A stretch of DNA of 46,392 nucleotides from Ministeria vibrans ATCC 50519 (taxonomy: Eukaryota > Protista > Filasterea), in NCBI GenBank assembly GCA_943704425.1, contig CALSCP010000032.1, positions 10,053-56,444 of the forward strand. Direction: 5' to 3'. This document shows, piece by piece, positions 1-13,159 of the stretch; position 1 is the first letter of the stretch, and each line of letters begins with the position of its first letter. A program made the position numbers and the translations under genes. A model generated the notes under the pieces. The model ran no database searches, was not told where the DNA came from, and saw only the letters and a list, made by a program, of their open reading frames with translations.

Positions 1-253
1 TGTAGGGCGGCTGGTGTGCTTGTTGTCGTGACTGTGTGTTAGATTATGAGGATAGATATATGGATGGGTGGGGGGGGCGAGGGGTTCGGGGGGGTGAGTC
101 AATGGGTGGCGTTGACGGCGACGATGAAGCATAATAATAATTATTATAGTAGATGAGACTAAATTTGATAATAATTAGAAAAAAAAAGAAGAATACAACC
201 CATTTATGTTATTATTATTATAATCGTAATGTTGCGTCTTTTTATTTTGTGTT

Positions 254-3200
254 TTACACGTGGCTGGATGAAAAGTACACATCCCACGACTGGTCCCAGT
301 CGCTGGTGTAGGGTTTAGGACGTGCGGAATCGCTGAGTGCAGTGGCTTGGTGGTAGAAGGCGAGGCCTCCGCTGTGACTGCTGCTGCGACGTCGGCCCCA
401 GCGGCCGGTAGGGTTGTGCTCGGACGTCGTCGTGTGCGTGAGGTGGGACTCGCCCACGAGCGCTGTCTGGCTGTTGACCGAGTAGGATGAGGCGGAAGAG
501 TCAACGCCACTGCTGCCAGCGCTGCTGGCGGTACTCTGTGCTCCGGCGCTCAGCATACGTCCCACAGAGACGGCGCGAGCACGGCCGCCTGAGGAAGAAG
601 GTGTGCTCGACACGGTTGTATGTACAGGCTGACGCATCGATGTGCTGCTAGACGGTCGACTGATCTGTGGCGAGCGAATGCCGGGCTGCGTGCAGGCCGA
701 CTCGTACGACTGTGCCGAGTCGGGTCGATCGCTCTGTTGCCTGTTGACGAGAATTTTTGGAGGTCCAAATGAGCGGGGCGTGCGCGGCGGTGAGGTCAAC
801 GTAGACTGATGTGACTCATAAGGCTCAGCGGCGTGTTGAGCACGCGCGGCTCGCAGTGCGGCCATGGCAGTGCTTGACAGTCGCGGTGGAGACTGCATCC
901 GTGTAGACGAAGACGAAGAAGTGAGCGCCTTCCGATTTGGAGTGGGAGTGCCCGGGAGCGACGAGTCAAGTGTCGAATTATCGGCACGCATGTCGACGGC
1001 CAAGCTTTTGGGCACGGGTGGAATGTCACCGTCGTCGAACATAACACTGGAGCCGTTCATGGCGGCCGCATCAACCATCGAATTAAATTGATCACTCGCT
1101 TGGTCGTCCTCCTCGACGTCATCATGGTCACCTCTCTCCCGACCACCACGCCCAGTTGTTCTTTGATGGTCGCCAAAAGTTTGCCTGTACATGCGCAATC
1201 GAGGCGAGTATTGTGAGGTCATTTCCAAGGAGACAGACTGGTCCATCACAAATTCTTCACCGTTCTCCACCCACGCAGAACGGCCCATTGACGACGTCGA
1301 CAAGGACGACTTTATAGGCAGGTTGGGCAGGCGACGGTGAGACTGGTGGTGGTGTTGGTGTGGGGAGGTCATGGAGGAGAAGAGACCGCGTCGACGGGAC
1401 TCGGCTGAGCGAGAGTCGTCGCTTGAGGCACGGTCGGTGGCGGGCGAGACAAACGCTGTCGACAGTGACACGGAGGCGTTTGGATGCGTACCTCGACCAC
1501 CAAAGGTCATCAGACGACGTAATTGATCGAATCGTGACGATTTACGTTCCAACGTGGGTGTCGACCCCATCTCGACGGTGAACACGCCCGACGATGATGC
1601 CTCGCTACTGCTGTTCCCATGCTTGCAATTGGCGGTACGTGTGGCGCTCGCTGCGCATGCGGCGGTGGTCTTGGTGGCACGTGAGCGGCCCTTGCCCGAC
1701 GACGACGATGCTGACGCGCCCGACGAAGAGGAGGAACGAGCGCGGCGCTGCTGCAAGTACTCTTTAAGGGCGACACGGACACGTGAGGCAAACACATAGT
1801 GGGCGAGCAAGAAAGCGCCCTGGGCAATCAATCCAAGTGCAAAAATCCACGCAAATACCATGCTAGGACTGACGACGACGAGCAAACCAAAGAGCCAGCT
1901 GACGCCCAGGAGGAAGGCAATGGAGAAGTACACGCCTGCGCGGTTCTCGCGGTTTTTCTGCGGCACGGCGGCATTGATGGCCTTCAGACGATTGACAACG
2001 AGAGCAAAAATGACAATGTTGAGCAGCAGTGCAATGGCGGCGGGCGCCACCACGACAATGCTCAGAGCAATGGACGAGGGAACAAAGCAGACGCGACCGT
2101 CGTTATAGGCGTCGCCATAGGCGTCGGCGAGGAAATCGTCGGACACGGCTGACATAACGATCATGTAGACAACGACAATAGCCAAAGGCACAAGAGCGAC
2201 ACTGAGTACGTAGCGACGCAGTGTGCAACGGTGAATGTCCGACGCGGCCACAAGGAGCTTGTAGAGACCGAGACCGTTCACGGCAAGTGCCACAAACTGC
2301 GCGAGGACCGTGTAGTGGAGGAGCATGCCGACGACAAAGCATGCGGCCTGGGAGACGCCCGCACCCAGCGAGGTGCTCACAATAAAACAGAGTGCTGTGC
2401 CAAGTATGGTGACGCACAGGATCATAAGCAACTTGATAGGAACGGTGCGCAACTTGTGCAGCACTGAGTAGACAAGGAGCACGGCGAGCACAGCAATGAT
2501 GCAAATGGCAAGGCCGATGTAAGAGGCGACTGTGAGGCCCACCGATTCAGTGAGACCTCCTTGAACGTCGACGAGCACGGCAAAATTTGTGAGGTGCGAG
2601 CAGCGACAGGTGGCGAGCGATGATGTGAGACTGACCATGGTGCAGCCGTTGGTGTACCACTCGGACGTGGTGAAATTCCATGCGGCACAGCGAAGTCGTG
2701 CGAGCGTCTCGTCGCTCAGGTTGGGGTCGATGGCAAGTGACCATTCGATGAGTGAGTCCTGTACGCCGTCGGGCAGCATGTGCACTTGTCCGTAATGGAC
2801 GCCAACAGACACAACGCCCGAGACAATGGAGCCGGCGCGAGGTTGAGAGATGTCGTCTTCGTCGCTGTCGTTGTCATTCATGTTGGTACCGCGGCGACGG
2901 TCCGCACCAGTCTGGTGTTGTTGTTGTTGGGAGACAAAGATGGAAGTGGCGACTGAACGAGCCATGACATTGAAGAACACTGGGCTGCACTCGCCGTAGG
3001 TGGCGTTAAGGTAGAGTGCGAGAGCTGACGAAAAGATAGCGCTGGTGTTGGAGGAATGGTGAGCAAAGGTGGTGAAAGGGAGTGTGAGTGCGTGCACCAG
3101 CGCCGCTGTGAGCACAATGTCACCGGTGGAATTCGAGATGGCAAACTCGCTTGTGGTGGAACCGCAGGGTGAGAGTGTCTGGTCGACCAGACGTGCACTG

Positions 3201-4896
3201 AGAGATTCGAGAACGGCAGCGGGAGGAGCGACGTTGTGGGCGCTGTTCGGTGCACTTGAGCTTGAAGTGTCTGCAGCCGTTGTGGCGGCGGCGCGTGTCA
3301 CACCGTTTTCACGAAGACGTGACGACAAGAACATGTCGCTAACGGAAGTAAGGACAGCAGAGCGCGCGGTAGAGCTGACCGCAAAGCCGCGCACACCGAC
3401 AATTCGATCAATCATGCGAAAAGCGTTGGATGCGCCCGAATTGGACATGTTGAGGTGCGTTGCCGTGGCACTTTCAAGGGCTGTCGCAAGCGAATCGACG
3501 GATGCTGGCGACACGGTTGCGTTGAGGAGACTCTCAATGATACTGTCGGAGGTGGGCGGTACCATTTCGCAGCGAGTTCCCATGAAATCGCCGGGACACA
3601 CACACACAAAGTGGTCGATGGCGTTAACACAAGTGGCGCCGTGCATACACGGGTTGGACTCGCACTCGTCCATGTCGGTCGCACACAGGCTATCGGTAAA
3701 GCCAGGGGAGCAAGCGCAGGAGAAGCGATTGACAAGGTCGTTGCAGGTCGCACCATTCAAGCAGGGCGCCGAGGCGCACTCGTCGACGTTGGTCTCGCAG
3801 TGGACACCGACAAAGCCAGGCTGGCACGAGCACAAAAAGAAGCCGATACCCTGGGAGCAGGAGGCACCGTTGACGCAGGGGCTGCTAGCACACTCATTGA
3901 CGGCGTCCGTGTTGCAGGTGGCGCCGGCTGTGCCCGCAGGACACAGACAGATAAAACCATTGACAAGGTCGACGCACGAACCGCCGTTGGCGCACGGCGT
4001 GCTCTGACACTCGTCGATATTGTCATCGCAGTTTTTGCCGGACCATCCAGGTTCGCAGTGGCAATGGTAGTCGGCAAAAAGATCGTCGCAGCTGGTTGAA
4101 TGCTGGCAGGGACTGCTCTCGCACTCGTCCACGTTGAGGTTACAGCGCTCGCCGGTGATCCCTTGCAAACAAATGCACGAAAACGAACCTGGCTGGTCGA
4201 TGCAGGTGCCCAAGTTGAGGCAGGGGTCGCTGAGACACTCGTTTTCTAAAAAATAATACGAAAAATTCTCTATGAGTCTCGCGTAAACCTATGACGACAT
4301 TATAAAAACATTGGTGGCGACCCCACCGATTTGCAATGAGCATGCGACACGACACACTGACGTAGAATACAGCGTTGTTCACAGCACTTCAAGGGGTAAA
4401 TGCCAAAAATTTAAAAAGAACAGAACAGAAACGTCACACAATGAAATTCCAATGAAATACTCCATTGCGAGACAAAGCGTGGATTTCCCTTCTAACCACC
4501 GGCCGGGTTTCACGCCTGCATGGTCAACAATAGCGCATGTGCGCGCCGATGTTTCAGTTTACTAAGACACACACACCAAAATTTGCAAGGCAAGTTTTTT
4601 TTTTCTTCTTTTTTTTTTTTTCTCGCGCTGTCACCGATTGACATTGTTTGGACGAAAGGGTCTTCAAAGGGTCAGACAGTGGATGGCGAGGCCACGAGAG
4701 ACAGGTAGATACAGCACTTACGGTCGACTTCACAGAGGTCTCCAGAGAAGCCCTGGGGACAGGCGCAGGCGAAGGAGGCCGTCGAGGCGACGCAGGTGCC
4801 TCCGTGGGTGCAGGGCGACGAGCTGCACTGGGCGGACGCCACGAGGGGGCTTGCGACAAGCAAGAGAAGCACGGGAAGAAGGAGACGCCCCTGCAT
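254..4896 (-). CDS. Adhesion GPCR: signal peptide, 7 Notch-type EGF repeats, GAIN/GPS domain, 7TM, long Ser-rich tail. Exons 4896-4722 and 4245-254
   Basis: Exon 1 encodes MQGRLLLPVLLLLVASPLVASAQ plus one EGF repeat; a phase-1 GT-AG intron joins it to NECLSDPC... There is a canonical GPS motif CAAWNFTTSEWYTNGC...CRCSHL|TNFAVL followed by seven hydrophobic segments. Confidence 0.93.
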
Positions 4897-5156
4897 GGCG
4901 TTGCTTCGCAGTGCGCTCGACAAGTCAGTGGTTAATTCTGTTGTGGTCGAGACCCAAAAATGAATCAAATGCACAAGGTTGTGCGAGAGCGAAAGTAAGA
5001 GCAAATGAGCCAAACAAGAATGGGATGCTAATGCTACACTTGGGTTCGCGTTTAACAAAAAGAAAATGTGTTAATAATTAATTCCAATAATTCAAAATAA
5101 ATAATAATAATTATTATAATGTCAAAATTTCACTTGACACTTCTTTTTATATATTC

Positions 5157-6038
5157 ATGCGCGCTCTTCTTCTCGCCGCTGGCTACGGCACGCGACTGGG
5201 CCGAGACATTGAAAATGACACCACGGGGAAGTTTGCTCACTTGAAAGGTGTCCCGAAGCCTCTCCTGCCGATTGGAAGCGATCCGTTACTGACGCGATGG
5301 GTAGGGATGCACCGCACGCGAAACACAACCGCCGCTATAGCGCCGTTGTTTTAGGTTCGCGTGATTGCGTCGCTCCCCGAAAAGCACCGCATGTCGTCTA
5401 TCGAAGTTGTGACGAATGCGCTGTACCACGAAAGGTTTGTTGCGTGGGCTGCGGACGCGGCAAAGGCCGTGCCAAACGCACCGCCGATTGTACTTGTTTG
5501 TGACGGCACGACAACCAACGAAACGCGCATTGGGGCGGTGGCATGTCTGAATCTGGTGGTGAAGGAGCGGTCGGTCGACGAGCCGTTGCTGGTTGTTGCG
5601 GGCGATACGCTGTTCTTTGACGACTTCAAGTTGGACGACATGCTGCAGTACCATGGACGGGTTCACGCCGAGACGGCGACGCCTTCGTCGCTCATTGTCG
5701 CCTACCAGTGCGGAGACGACGTGAGCAAGCGGGGCATCATTGAGGTTGAGGGCGCCATGCAGCGGGTTGTGTCGTTCCTGGAGAAGCCGCAGCCGGAGGA
5801 AACAGAGTCGCGTCTTGCCTGCCCCTGTTTCTACAGTCTTGCACGCGAACACCTTCCGCTGCTTGCCGCCTTCCTCGACGAGCGTGCGGATAGACCGCTT
5901 GCCGAACGGGATGCACCTGGTAACTTTATTCGCTGGCTCGTGTCGCACGGCACTGTGCATGCGTACACCATCAGCGGTCGCTTTGACGTGGGCAATTTGC
6001 AGCAGTACGTTGAGTGCCAAGAGCACTTCTGTAAGTGA
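5157..6038 (+). CDS. Sugar-phosphate nucleotidyltransferase (NTP_transferase family); intron 5301-5354
   Basis: N-terminal LLAAGYGTRL and PKPLLP motifs, VAGD, EKP and RFDVG; the phase-0 intron joins two ORFs from the track. Confidence 0.88.
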
Positions 6039-6126
6039 GTAAAACAAAAATGGATACAGAAACACCAAACGACGACCACAAGCGACTGGTATGTCTACAC
6101 TAGGACACGGGGACTAAGTGGTGTTT

Positions 6127-8209
6127 TTACTGGTACGTGGCCCAGGGGGTCTTCATGAGAGGTCGTTGGGACTGCGATGGGGGCTGTGGGGCCGGTGCGC
6201 TCTGGCTCTGCGCGTACTGCGGATGCGCTCTGCCTCGTCGTCGTTGTTGCGGCTGTTGTGATGGCGGCAAAGATGGTGGTGGTGCTAGCTCTTGGCGTAC
6301 GGTTGGAGGAGCGGGTCGGTGTGACGACGCCTGCGACCGACTGGGCTGCTTGTGTGTGTGTGCTTGAGTTGTGCTCGAAACACGACTAGTGGACTTTGTC
6401 TGTGTCTGTGTCTGTGTCTGTATCTGTGTCTGTGTCTGTGTCTGTGTCTGTGGTTGTGTCTGTGTCTGTGGTTGTGCGTCTTTGTCGCTCTGTCGCTGTC
6501 GCACGTGTGCGTCGTGGATTGCCTGTTGCCGTCCCGCCACAATGTCCTCGTAGATGTGCTTGCGATAGTCACCCAACGAGAGTCTACGAAAGCCAAGAAG
6601 TGAGCACAATCATAATAGGGGGGCTGACTATAATGATGTACTTGACGTTATCGTCGAGTTTGATGACAATGTCGGCCGTGAGCGTGGGCTCAGCGCGGCC
6701 TCGGCGGAACTGGCGGATGTAGGGGTGCGAAAGGGCATCACGAGCAGTAATGCGGTCGCGCGGGTTGAAGCGGAACATGCGGGTGAGGAGGTCCAGTGCG
6801 TCCGCTGGTGCGTGTGGGAGGTACGTCGCCAGTGCTCTGAATTAATATTGATACGCAGCATTGCAATTATGAGACAAAGATGAGAGGTGTGCGCACGTAC
6901 CGGACGGGTTTAGGTGGGATTTTGGAGAGCATTTTGGCGGCGATGGGTGAGCGGATGGCATCGAGGTCGGCGTCGGAAGGGCGGCCGGTGATTTCGAGGA
7001 GACGGGCGACCTGGTCGAGGGTGGTGGATCCGGCAAGCAAGGGCCGTCCTAGGAGCATCTCGGCAATGATGCACCCTGCACTCCACATGTCGACGCCTTT
7101 GGTGTATCTATAATTATTTATATTTATAGTGACAATAATCATAATAATTAATAATAATTAATAATTAATAATAATAATAATAATTATTATTATTAATTTT
7201 AATATTATTATTAGTTATACGACTTATTTTAATGATTGTTGTGTTATAACTTGCGTACATGGTTGAGCCAAGAAGGATCTCAGGGGCGCGGTACCAGCGC
7301 GTCGCAACGTAGTCTGTGAGCACTGCGTGCGAGTGCTCTGGTGCCGCAACCGAGCGCGCCAGTCCAAAGTCTGCAACGCGAACGTCGCACTCGCTGTTCA
7401 GCAGAATGTTGGCTGGCTAAAATTATAAAAATAATAATAACATTAGTACAATTTGTTATGTTGAATTGTTGCTCATAATTTTATTATTATTATTATTATT
7501 GTTATTATTATTATTATTGTTATTATTATTATTATGAATAATAATTTATAGATAGGTAACAGAAGTAATTAGTTATGATTTTGAAAACCTTGAGATCGCG
7601 GTGAATCACATTGCCCGAGTGCAAGTAGAGGAGACAATTGAGAATTTGGTACATGATGAATTGGAGGTGGATGGGTTGTAGTACTTTGGCCTTGATGGCC
7701 GCGTTGAGATCTGTCTCTAATCATGTGTAATGTGATGAGACATATATCGTATCGTCGTCTAGCTCCTTACCGAGATACTCAAAGACAACATACAAATCAG
7801 TGTCATTGTCAGCCGGAATCACATCAAGAAGTTTTACAATGTTGTCGTGGTGCCGAAGTTCCTGCAAGAACATCACTTCGCGAAACGTTCGCTGTGCGTC
7901 CGTCGCATTCTAAAACGATTTAGAGGTAACGCAAGTCAACATTTTTGAGTGACGTTGATTGACCTCATTACTTACACGAAAAGCATCAAAGATCTTCTTC
8001 ACTGCCACCACATCACCAGTTTCGCGATGGACTGCCTGCCAAACGACTCCATACGCCTGGCCCAGAGAGAAAGAGAGAGACAAAGAAGGAAGAAAGAAGA
8101 GAGAAAGATTGAAGACAAAAATCGTTATTAATATTGTGCTCACCCCTTTCCCGAGCTTTGCACCCACATCATATCTTTCCCTCACGCGTGCATCAACATA
8201 ATCAGTCAT
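6127..8209 (-). CDS. MAPK15: Atypical MAP kinase of the MAPK15/ERK7/ERK8 type, 8 exons
   Basis: Spliced product has [60 protein letters not shown] (TDY), YTKGVDMWS and DDNVKLSLGDYR. All junctions are GT-AG and in phase. Confidence 0.92.
6397..6472. repeat. (TGTGTC)n hexanucleotide repeat encoding a QT run in the MAPK15 tail
   Basis: Directly visible tandem repeat. Confidence 0.85.
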
Positions 8210-8333
8210 TGTTCAGCAATAAATTTAATTGATTTTGTAATTTTTTGAAAAAATTAATATTATAATTATTATTATTATTTTTGATAAAAAGACAAAAGTA
8301 TAAACTCAATTTTTTATTCTTCGTTTTCTTTCG

Positions 8334-10161
8334 ATGCTGTCATCCTTGCTACGGTCCGGGTTACGGTCTGTGGCAAGCCGATCGGCGGTTGTGCCTGTCG
8401 CAACAACGCGATTAAAGTCCAAAATGCCGTACACGGTCCCAGTGGAGAGCGCCGAGCCGCTGCACCCGGCCGCACCTCAATACGAGTCGAAGGAGCCCTA
8501 TGTATGTGGGTTCAGTCGAGCCTACCCTCTCTCTTCTTGTCTTCCACCGTAAAACTCGATTTTTTCAACGGGTATCACAGCATGTTTTTACCGTATTCCA
8601 TTGGCGACGTACCAAAGTATGTCGCCAGCGTCTGGNNNNNNNNNNTTTTTTTTTTTTTTTTTTTTTTTTTTGTGTGCAGTGGCATCTCAAAGTCGCAGAC
8701 GTATCGCCTTACAAAGGTACCCAATTGCACTCGACTTCGTGTGAATGTGTGGCGCTGTCTTCTCGTAACCGCATTCTCAACGCCCTCCGCCCTCTATTGT
8801 CGTAGGCACGGTCGATTCGTGGCTGTACGATTTTTCGACGGGCGAGCGCAAGACGATTGTGCAGCTGGACGGGACGGTCTTCAACACGGCTCCCCGGCGT
8901 GATCTCATCCACAACGTCGTGGTATGGCAGCAAGCGTGCTGGAGGAAGGGTCTGGCAACGTCAAAGGGCAAGGCAGAGGTGAGTGCGAGAGAGGAGGGAG
9001 AAAGAAACAAAGTGATAGAGAGTGAGCAAGAAACAAAGTGATAGAGAGAGATAGTGAACGAGAAACAAAGTGATAGAGAGAGAGTGAGCAAGAAACAAAG
9101 TGATAGAGAGAGAGAGAGAGAGTGAGCAAGAAACAAAGTGATAAAGAGAGTGTGAACGAGAAACAAAGTGATAGAGAGAGAGTGAACGAGAAACAAAGTG
9201 ATAGAGAGAGAGTGAGCAAGAAACAAAGTGATAGAGAGAGAATGAGCAAGAAACAAAGTGATAGAGAGAGAGAGAGAGTGAGCAAGAAACAAAGTGATAA
9301 AAAGAGTGTGAACGAGAAACAAAGTGATAGAGAGAGAGTGAACGAGAAACAAAGTGATAGAGAGAGAGTGAGCAAGAAACAAAGTGATAGAGAGAGAGTG
9401 AGAGAAACAAAGTGATAGAGGAATCACAGTTTGATGTTGTCAGCATCGCGACAGTAACATCAACTCTTGACATGCACTTTTTGTTTTATCAGGTTCGCGG
9501 TGGTGGAAGAAAACCCTGGGCGCAAAAGGGATCAGGAAGAGCGCGTCAAGGCAGCATCCGTGCGCCCCACTGGAAGGGTGGTGGTGTCTCTCATGGTCCA
9601 CGACAACGCGAGTAAGTGCTCAGCAGTATTAATACTTATTCTATCGTGCCTGACTGTTGTTGTTGTTTTGTTGTTCCATGTAGTTGGTCTTATCATTTGC
9701 CAAAGAAGATGAGACGAGCAGGGATGCGAGCTGCATTGTCGGCCAAGTTTGCACAAGACAACGTTTTCGTAGTTGACGAGATTGGGGACTATGAGCTGGA
9801 AGGACTGACGCCGGTGCAACTGTGCGATGCTGTGGACGCACTTGGGGCGGGCGAAGGACTGACCACGCTGGTGGTAGCAGGCGTCTCGGAGGTGCCAGCG
9901 AAGCTGCGTGCCGCGTCGGATGCCACCAGCAACCAGGTGGGCGTATTGCCTGTGTGTGGTGTCAATGTGTACGACCTGATGCGCTTTCAAAACCTTGTCT
10001 TGACTGTCGAGGCCCTCGACGCCCTCACGCACCACCTCACGCGTCCACGCCATCGTGGCTACTTCGGGCCGCGTGACGACGAGCGCCCCGGCCCTCTCGT
10101 CGACCATGAGGGTAACCCCATCCACTACCCGGGCGTGTCAAAGCTGCAGCGCATTCACTAA
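8334..10161 (+). CDS. MRPL4: Mitochondrial ribosomal protein uL4m, 6 exons
   Basis: Arg/Ser-rich presequence [17 protein letters not shown]; [13 protein letters not shown]; [33 protein letters not shown]; LPKKMRRAG; [10 protein letters not shown]. Confidence 0.93.
8998..9420. repeat. Intronic minisatellite: 14 copies of core AAACAAAGTGATA separated by (GA)n and GTGA(G/A)C(A/G)AG, unit about 28-36 bp
   Basis: Counted directly inside the MRPL4 intron 8980-9492. Confidence 0.9.
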
Positions 10162-10324
10162 AAGAAAGAGGGAGAAAGAACGAGAGAGAGCGCGCGCGTG
10201 TGTGTACAACAATTTCTTTTTGATTGATTTTGATTTTCGACTTGGGGTTCTCATATAATGTGTTGATGGATGGAGCATGTAACAATTATAATTATTCCAG
10301 TCAATGTCAATCAGATTCACAGGT

Positions 10325-11464
10325 TCATTTGACCAGAGCAATGTGTGTGCCTCGCCACACAGTTGACGGAGCGGGCACGTTGACGGGCCGCCCCTCTTCG
10401 TCCAACGCCCCATCGATCGCATCATGTTCATGCTGCTGATCGGCACCTCCACTTGCAGAGTGGTATTCGCCGTGCTGTTCGAATCGATCGCCAAAGACAA
10501 ACTTGCCTTCGCCGATAGGCGCATCCAGGCGGAAATGCCCTTCGTACTTGTACGCCGAATGCACAAGCTCCCCCAAGCCATCGCGTCGCCCTTTTACCCA
10601 CATGCCCACATACTGAAATATTAAAAGCCAATAATAAATAATAAATAAAGTTAGACCATGGGAACGCATAATAATAATAATATTTTTGTGTCTTGTCGCA
10701 CTTTGCTGCCTGTGCGTTTGTATGTGTAACTCCCATGTCCCTGCTTGAGTCCCTCTCCCCACTCGCCTTCGTAGACATCACCGTTGGGAAAGGTGTACAC
10801 CCCAAAACCATGTCGTTTGTTGTGCTCCCAAGCGCCTTGATACGTACTTCCGTCAGGGTAGTGAAACACGCCTTGGCCATGGCGCTCATTGGCGACATAC
10901 TCGCCTGCACGCCCACGGAGCATTATCCAACAGGGTATTTAAGCATTAGAATGATTATTGTATCATGGTCATTGCATGACTGATCTATGGATGTTAATTA
11001 CCCGTGTATCGTGATCCATTTCTGAACGTGTACGTGCCGCGTCCGTGACGCTTTCCCTCCACATAATCTCCCTATAAAAGCAAAGTCGGAGGGGGTTTCA
11101 ACACGCCTTGAAGCGTCATACAACAGAGTAGACAATGCAAGTGCATTGCTACGTGCCACGTCTACAAGGGTCACGCGTATACGTACGTGCGTAAGGGAGT
11201 CGGACAACGACGTAGCATCGTTTGTTGTCAAGGCAACCATATTAAAACCAAAAAAAAAAAAAAAAAACGAACACAATCAATACCTCATACTCATCGTCGT
11301 TGGGAAGTACTGCCTTGCCATAGCCATGGCGTTGTCGTTGTTCATTTCGCTCTCCTTCGTACGTCTGGCAGAGAGAGAGAACGGTCGAGGAATGAAACAA
11401 CAATAAAACCTCCTCTTACCCCCAAATTGGGCCCGTCGTCAAGATCCGAGTCGTACTGTGACAT
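10325..11464 (-). CDS. RSPH1: Radial spoke head protein 1 (MORN repeats), 5 exons
   Basis: Spliced product MSQYDSDLDDGPNLG|TYEGERNEQRQRHGYGKAVLPNDDEYE|GDYVEGKRHGRGTYTF... continues with MORN repeats and ends with the RSPH1-like KYEGHF..PIGEGKFVF..EQHGEY..VWRG. Confidence 0.88.
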
Positions 11465-11583
11465 TGCTTTATTCTTTTATTCCGATTTTGGAGGAACGGG
11501 AAGAGAAAAAAAAAAACTTATTCATATTATAATAAAATTTTATTATTATTCATCTTTTTTTTTCTCTCTCTCCCTACTTACTC

Positions 11584-13119
11584 ATGCGCCTGCAAGAGGT
11601 AGTTGGGGGCGCCGCCAACCGAGGCACACATAGTGTCAGCGTGGGGCGTCTCCCGGACGCTCTGGGCCGACGAAGTTTTGTATGTTTGACTTGCGACTCG
11701 AACATTATCGTACACTCGGCAACCCTGCAACATCGCCTTGCGGTGCTGCGCCAGGAGCACACAGGCACCGTGGGGAAACTGGTGGCGGTCGCAGCCTGCT
11801 CGCGTACCGGCAGAATCGCCGGTGTGTACGGAACGGATGTCGTCGTGTGGAGTCCGTCGGCCGCTTCGTCGCGCAACGCCCCGTCCCACGCGAACGCCGA
11901 CACCTCCACCAACGACGCCGCCCCGCCAAGCAGCGAATCAGACGCTGCTGCTGCACCGCCCGCCGTCGACGTCGAGTGGTCTCTTCTTGGGCTGTTGCGA
12001 CACGACTCGCAAGTGTGCGCTATTGATTTCGCCTCTACGGGCCGCGAACTGCTCGTTGCCAGCAACACCGGCATCCAACTGTGGCGCTCGTACAATGACG
12101 GTGACGGCGACGAGGGTGATGATGACGATGATGACGACGACGACGACGGCGGCGGCGGCGATGGTGACGTAGACAATGGCGGAGGTGAGAGTCACACCGC
12201 GATGACAAGCGAGGGCCGTCGCATGAGCAGTACCAGTGCGGACGATCGCCGTCAATTTCGCCAACAGAAACGTCTGCGACAACTCCAACGTCGTCGACGT
12301 GCTCGACGCGAGAGCCGCCAGCGCCTCGACTCGGACCAGTCCTTTGACGAGATTGATGGTCTTGACGAGCTGCATCGCGCCGATTTTCTCGTGGGCGACG
12401 ACAGCGACCTCGACGAAGAGGATGACGTTCTTGACGACAACGAACAAGACGTTGACGACCTTTCTCCCGAGTTGGAGAATCCCGACGAGGAGTGTGCTCG
12501 CATGTGTGGCGACCCCAACGAAGCGTACGGTGCTGCCGGGCGCACCGCCAACGAACGTTCCAGGTCCGAGTCGCAGAACATGCTCGACTCTCTTGCCGCA
12601 CTCGGCCCCTACGGTTGCATTTGGCACAAAAAACTACCAGCACCCGCCAAGTACGCGCGTTTCTCGCCGGACGCGCGCCTCTTTGCTACACTCGGCGAAC
12701 ACGACCGCATGGTCAAGGTGTGGTTTCGACGCGAACGCGAGTACTCGTCGTACTTTCGCGACCGTCGCTATCGCTACTCTTTTGTCTACTTGGCCCATCC
12801 GCGCGCCGTCACATCGCTCTCCTGGCGTCACACTACTCACAGCGAGTCCAAAGAACACTTCGTTGCCAACGTGCTGCTCACCAGCTGCGTCGATGGAATC
12901 TCTCGCATCTGGAGCGAGTCCAGCTGGCTCGAAAGCTTTCTATTTTACATGAGCGCCGCTATCGAGAGTCGCAATGTCCAATGGCTCCGCTTTGCTTCGC
13001 CCAACGCGTCTACCACCAGCGAATCGGCGGCTGTCGCACGCGCTCGTTCTCTCTCCCGCACCACCGGCTGGCATACCAGCCACGCACCTGACCAGTCTGC
13101 TACCTCTGCTGCTGCTACC

Positions 13120-13159
<40 letters not shown>

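Noticed and set aside
3560-4896. Notch, Delta or Crumbs homolog
   Set aside because: The EGF repeats lead into GPS and 7TM; no LNR, DSL, LamG or ankyrin domains.
8998-9420. CRISPR array
   Set aside because: No unique spacers, no cas genes, and it lies in a spliceosomal intron; it is a minisatellite.
8777-9473. Low-complexity ORFs (SLSL, ERER, HTHT, poly-Y/N/I) here and at 19488-20763, 32851-33255, 33943-34303 and 36948-37602
   Set aside because: Translations of microsatellites in introns or intergenic DNA.
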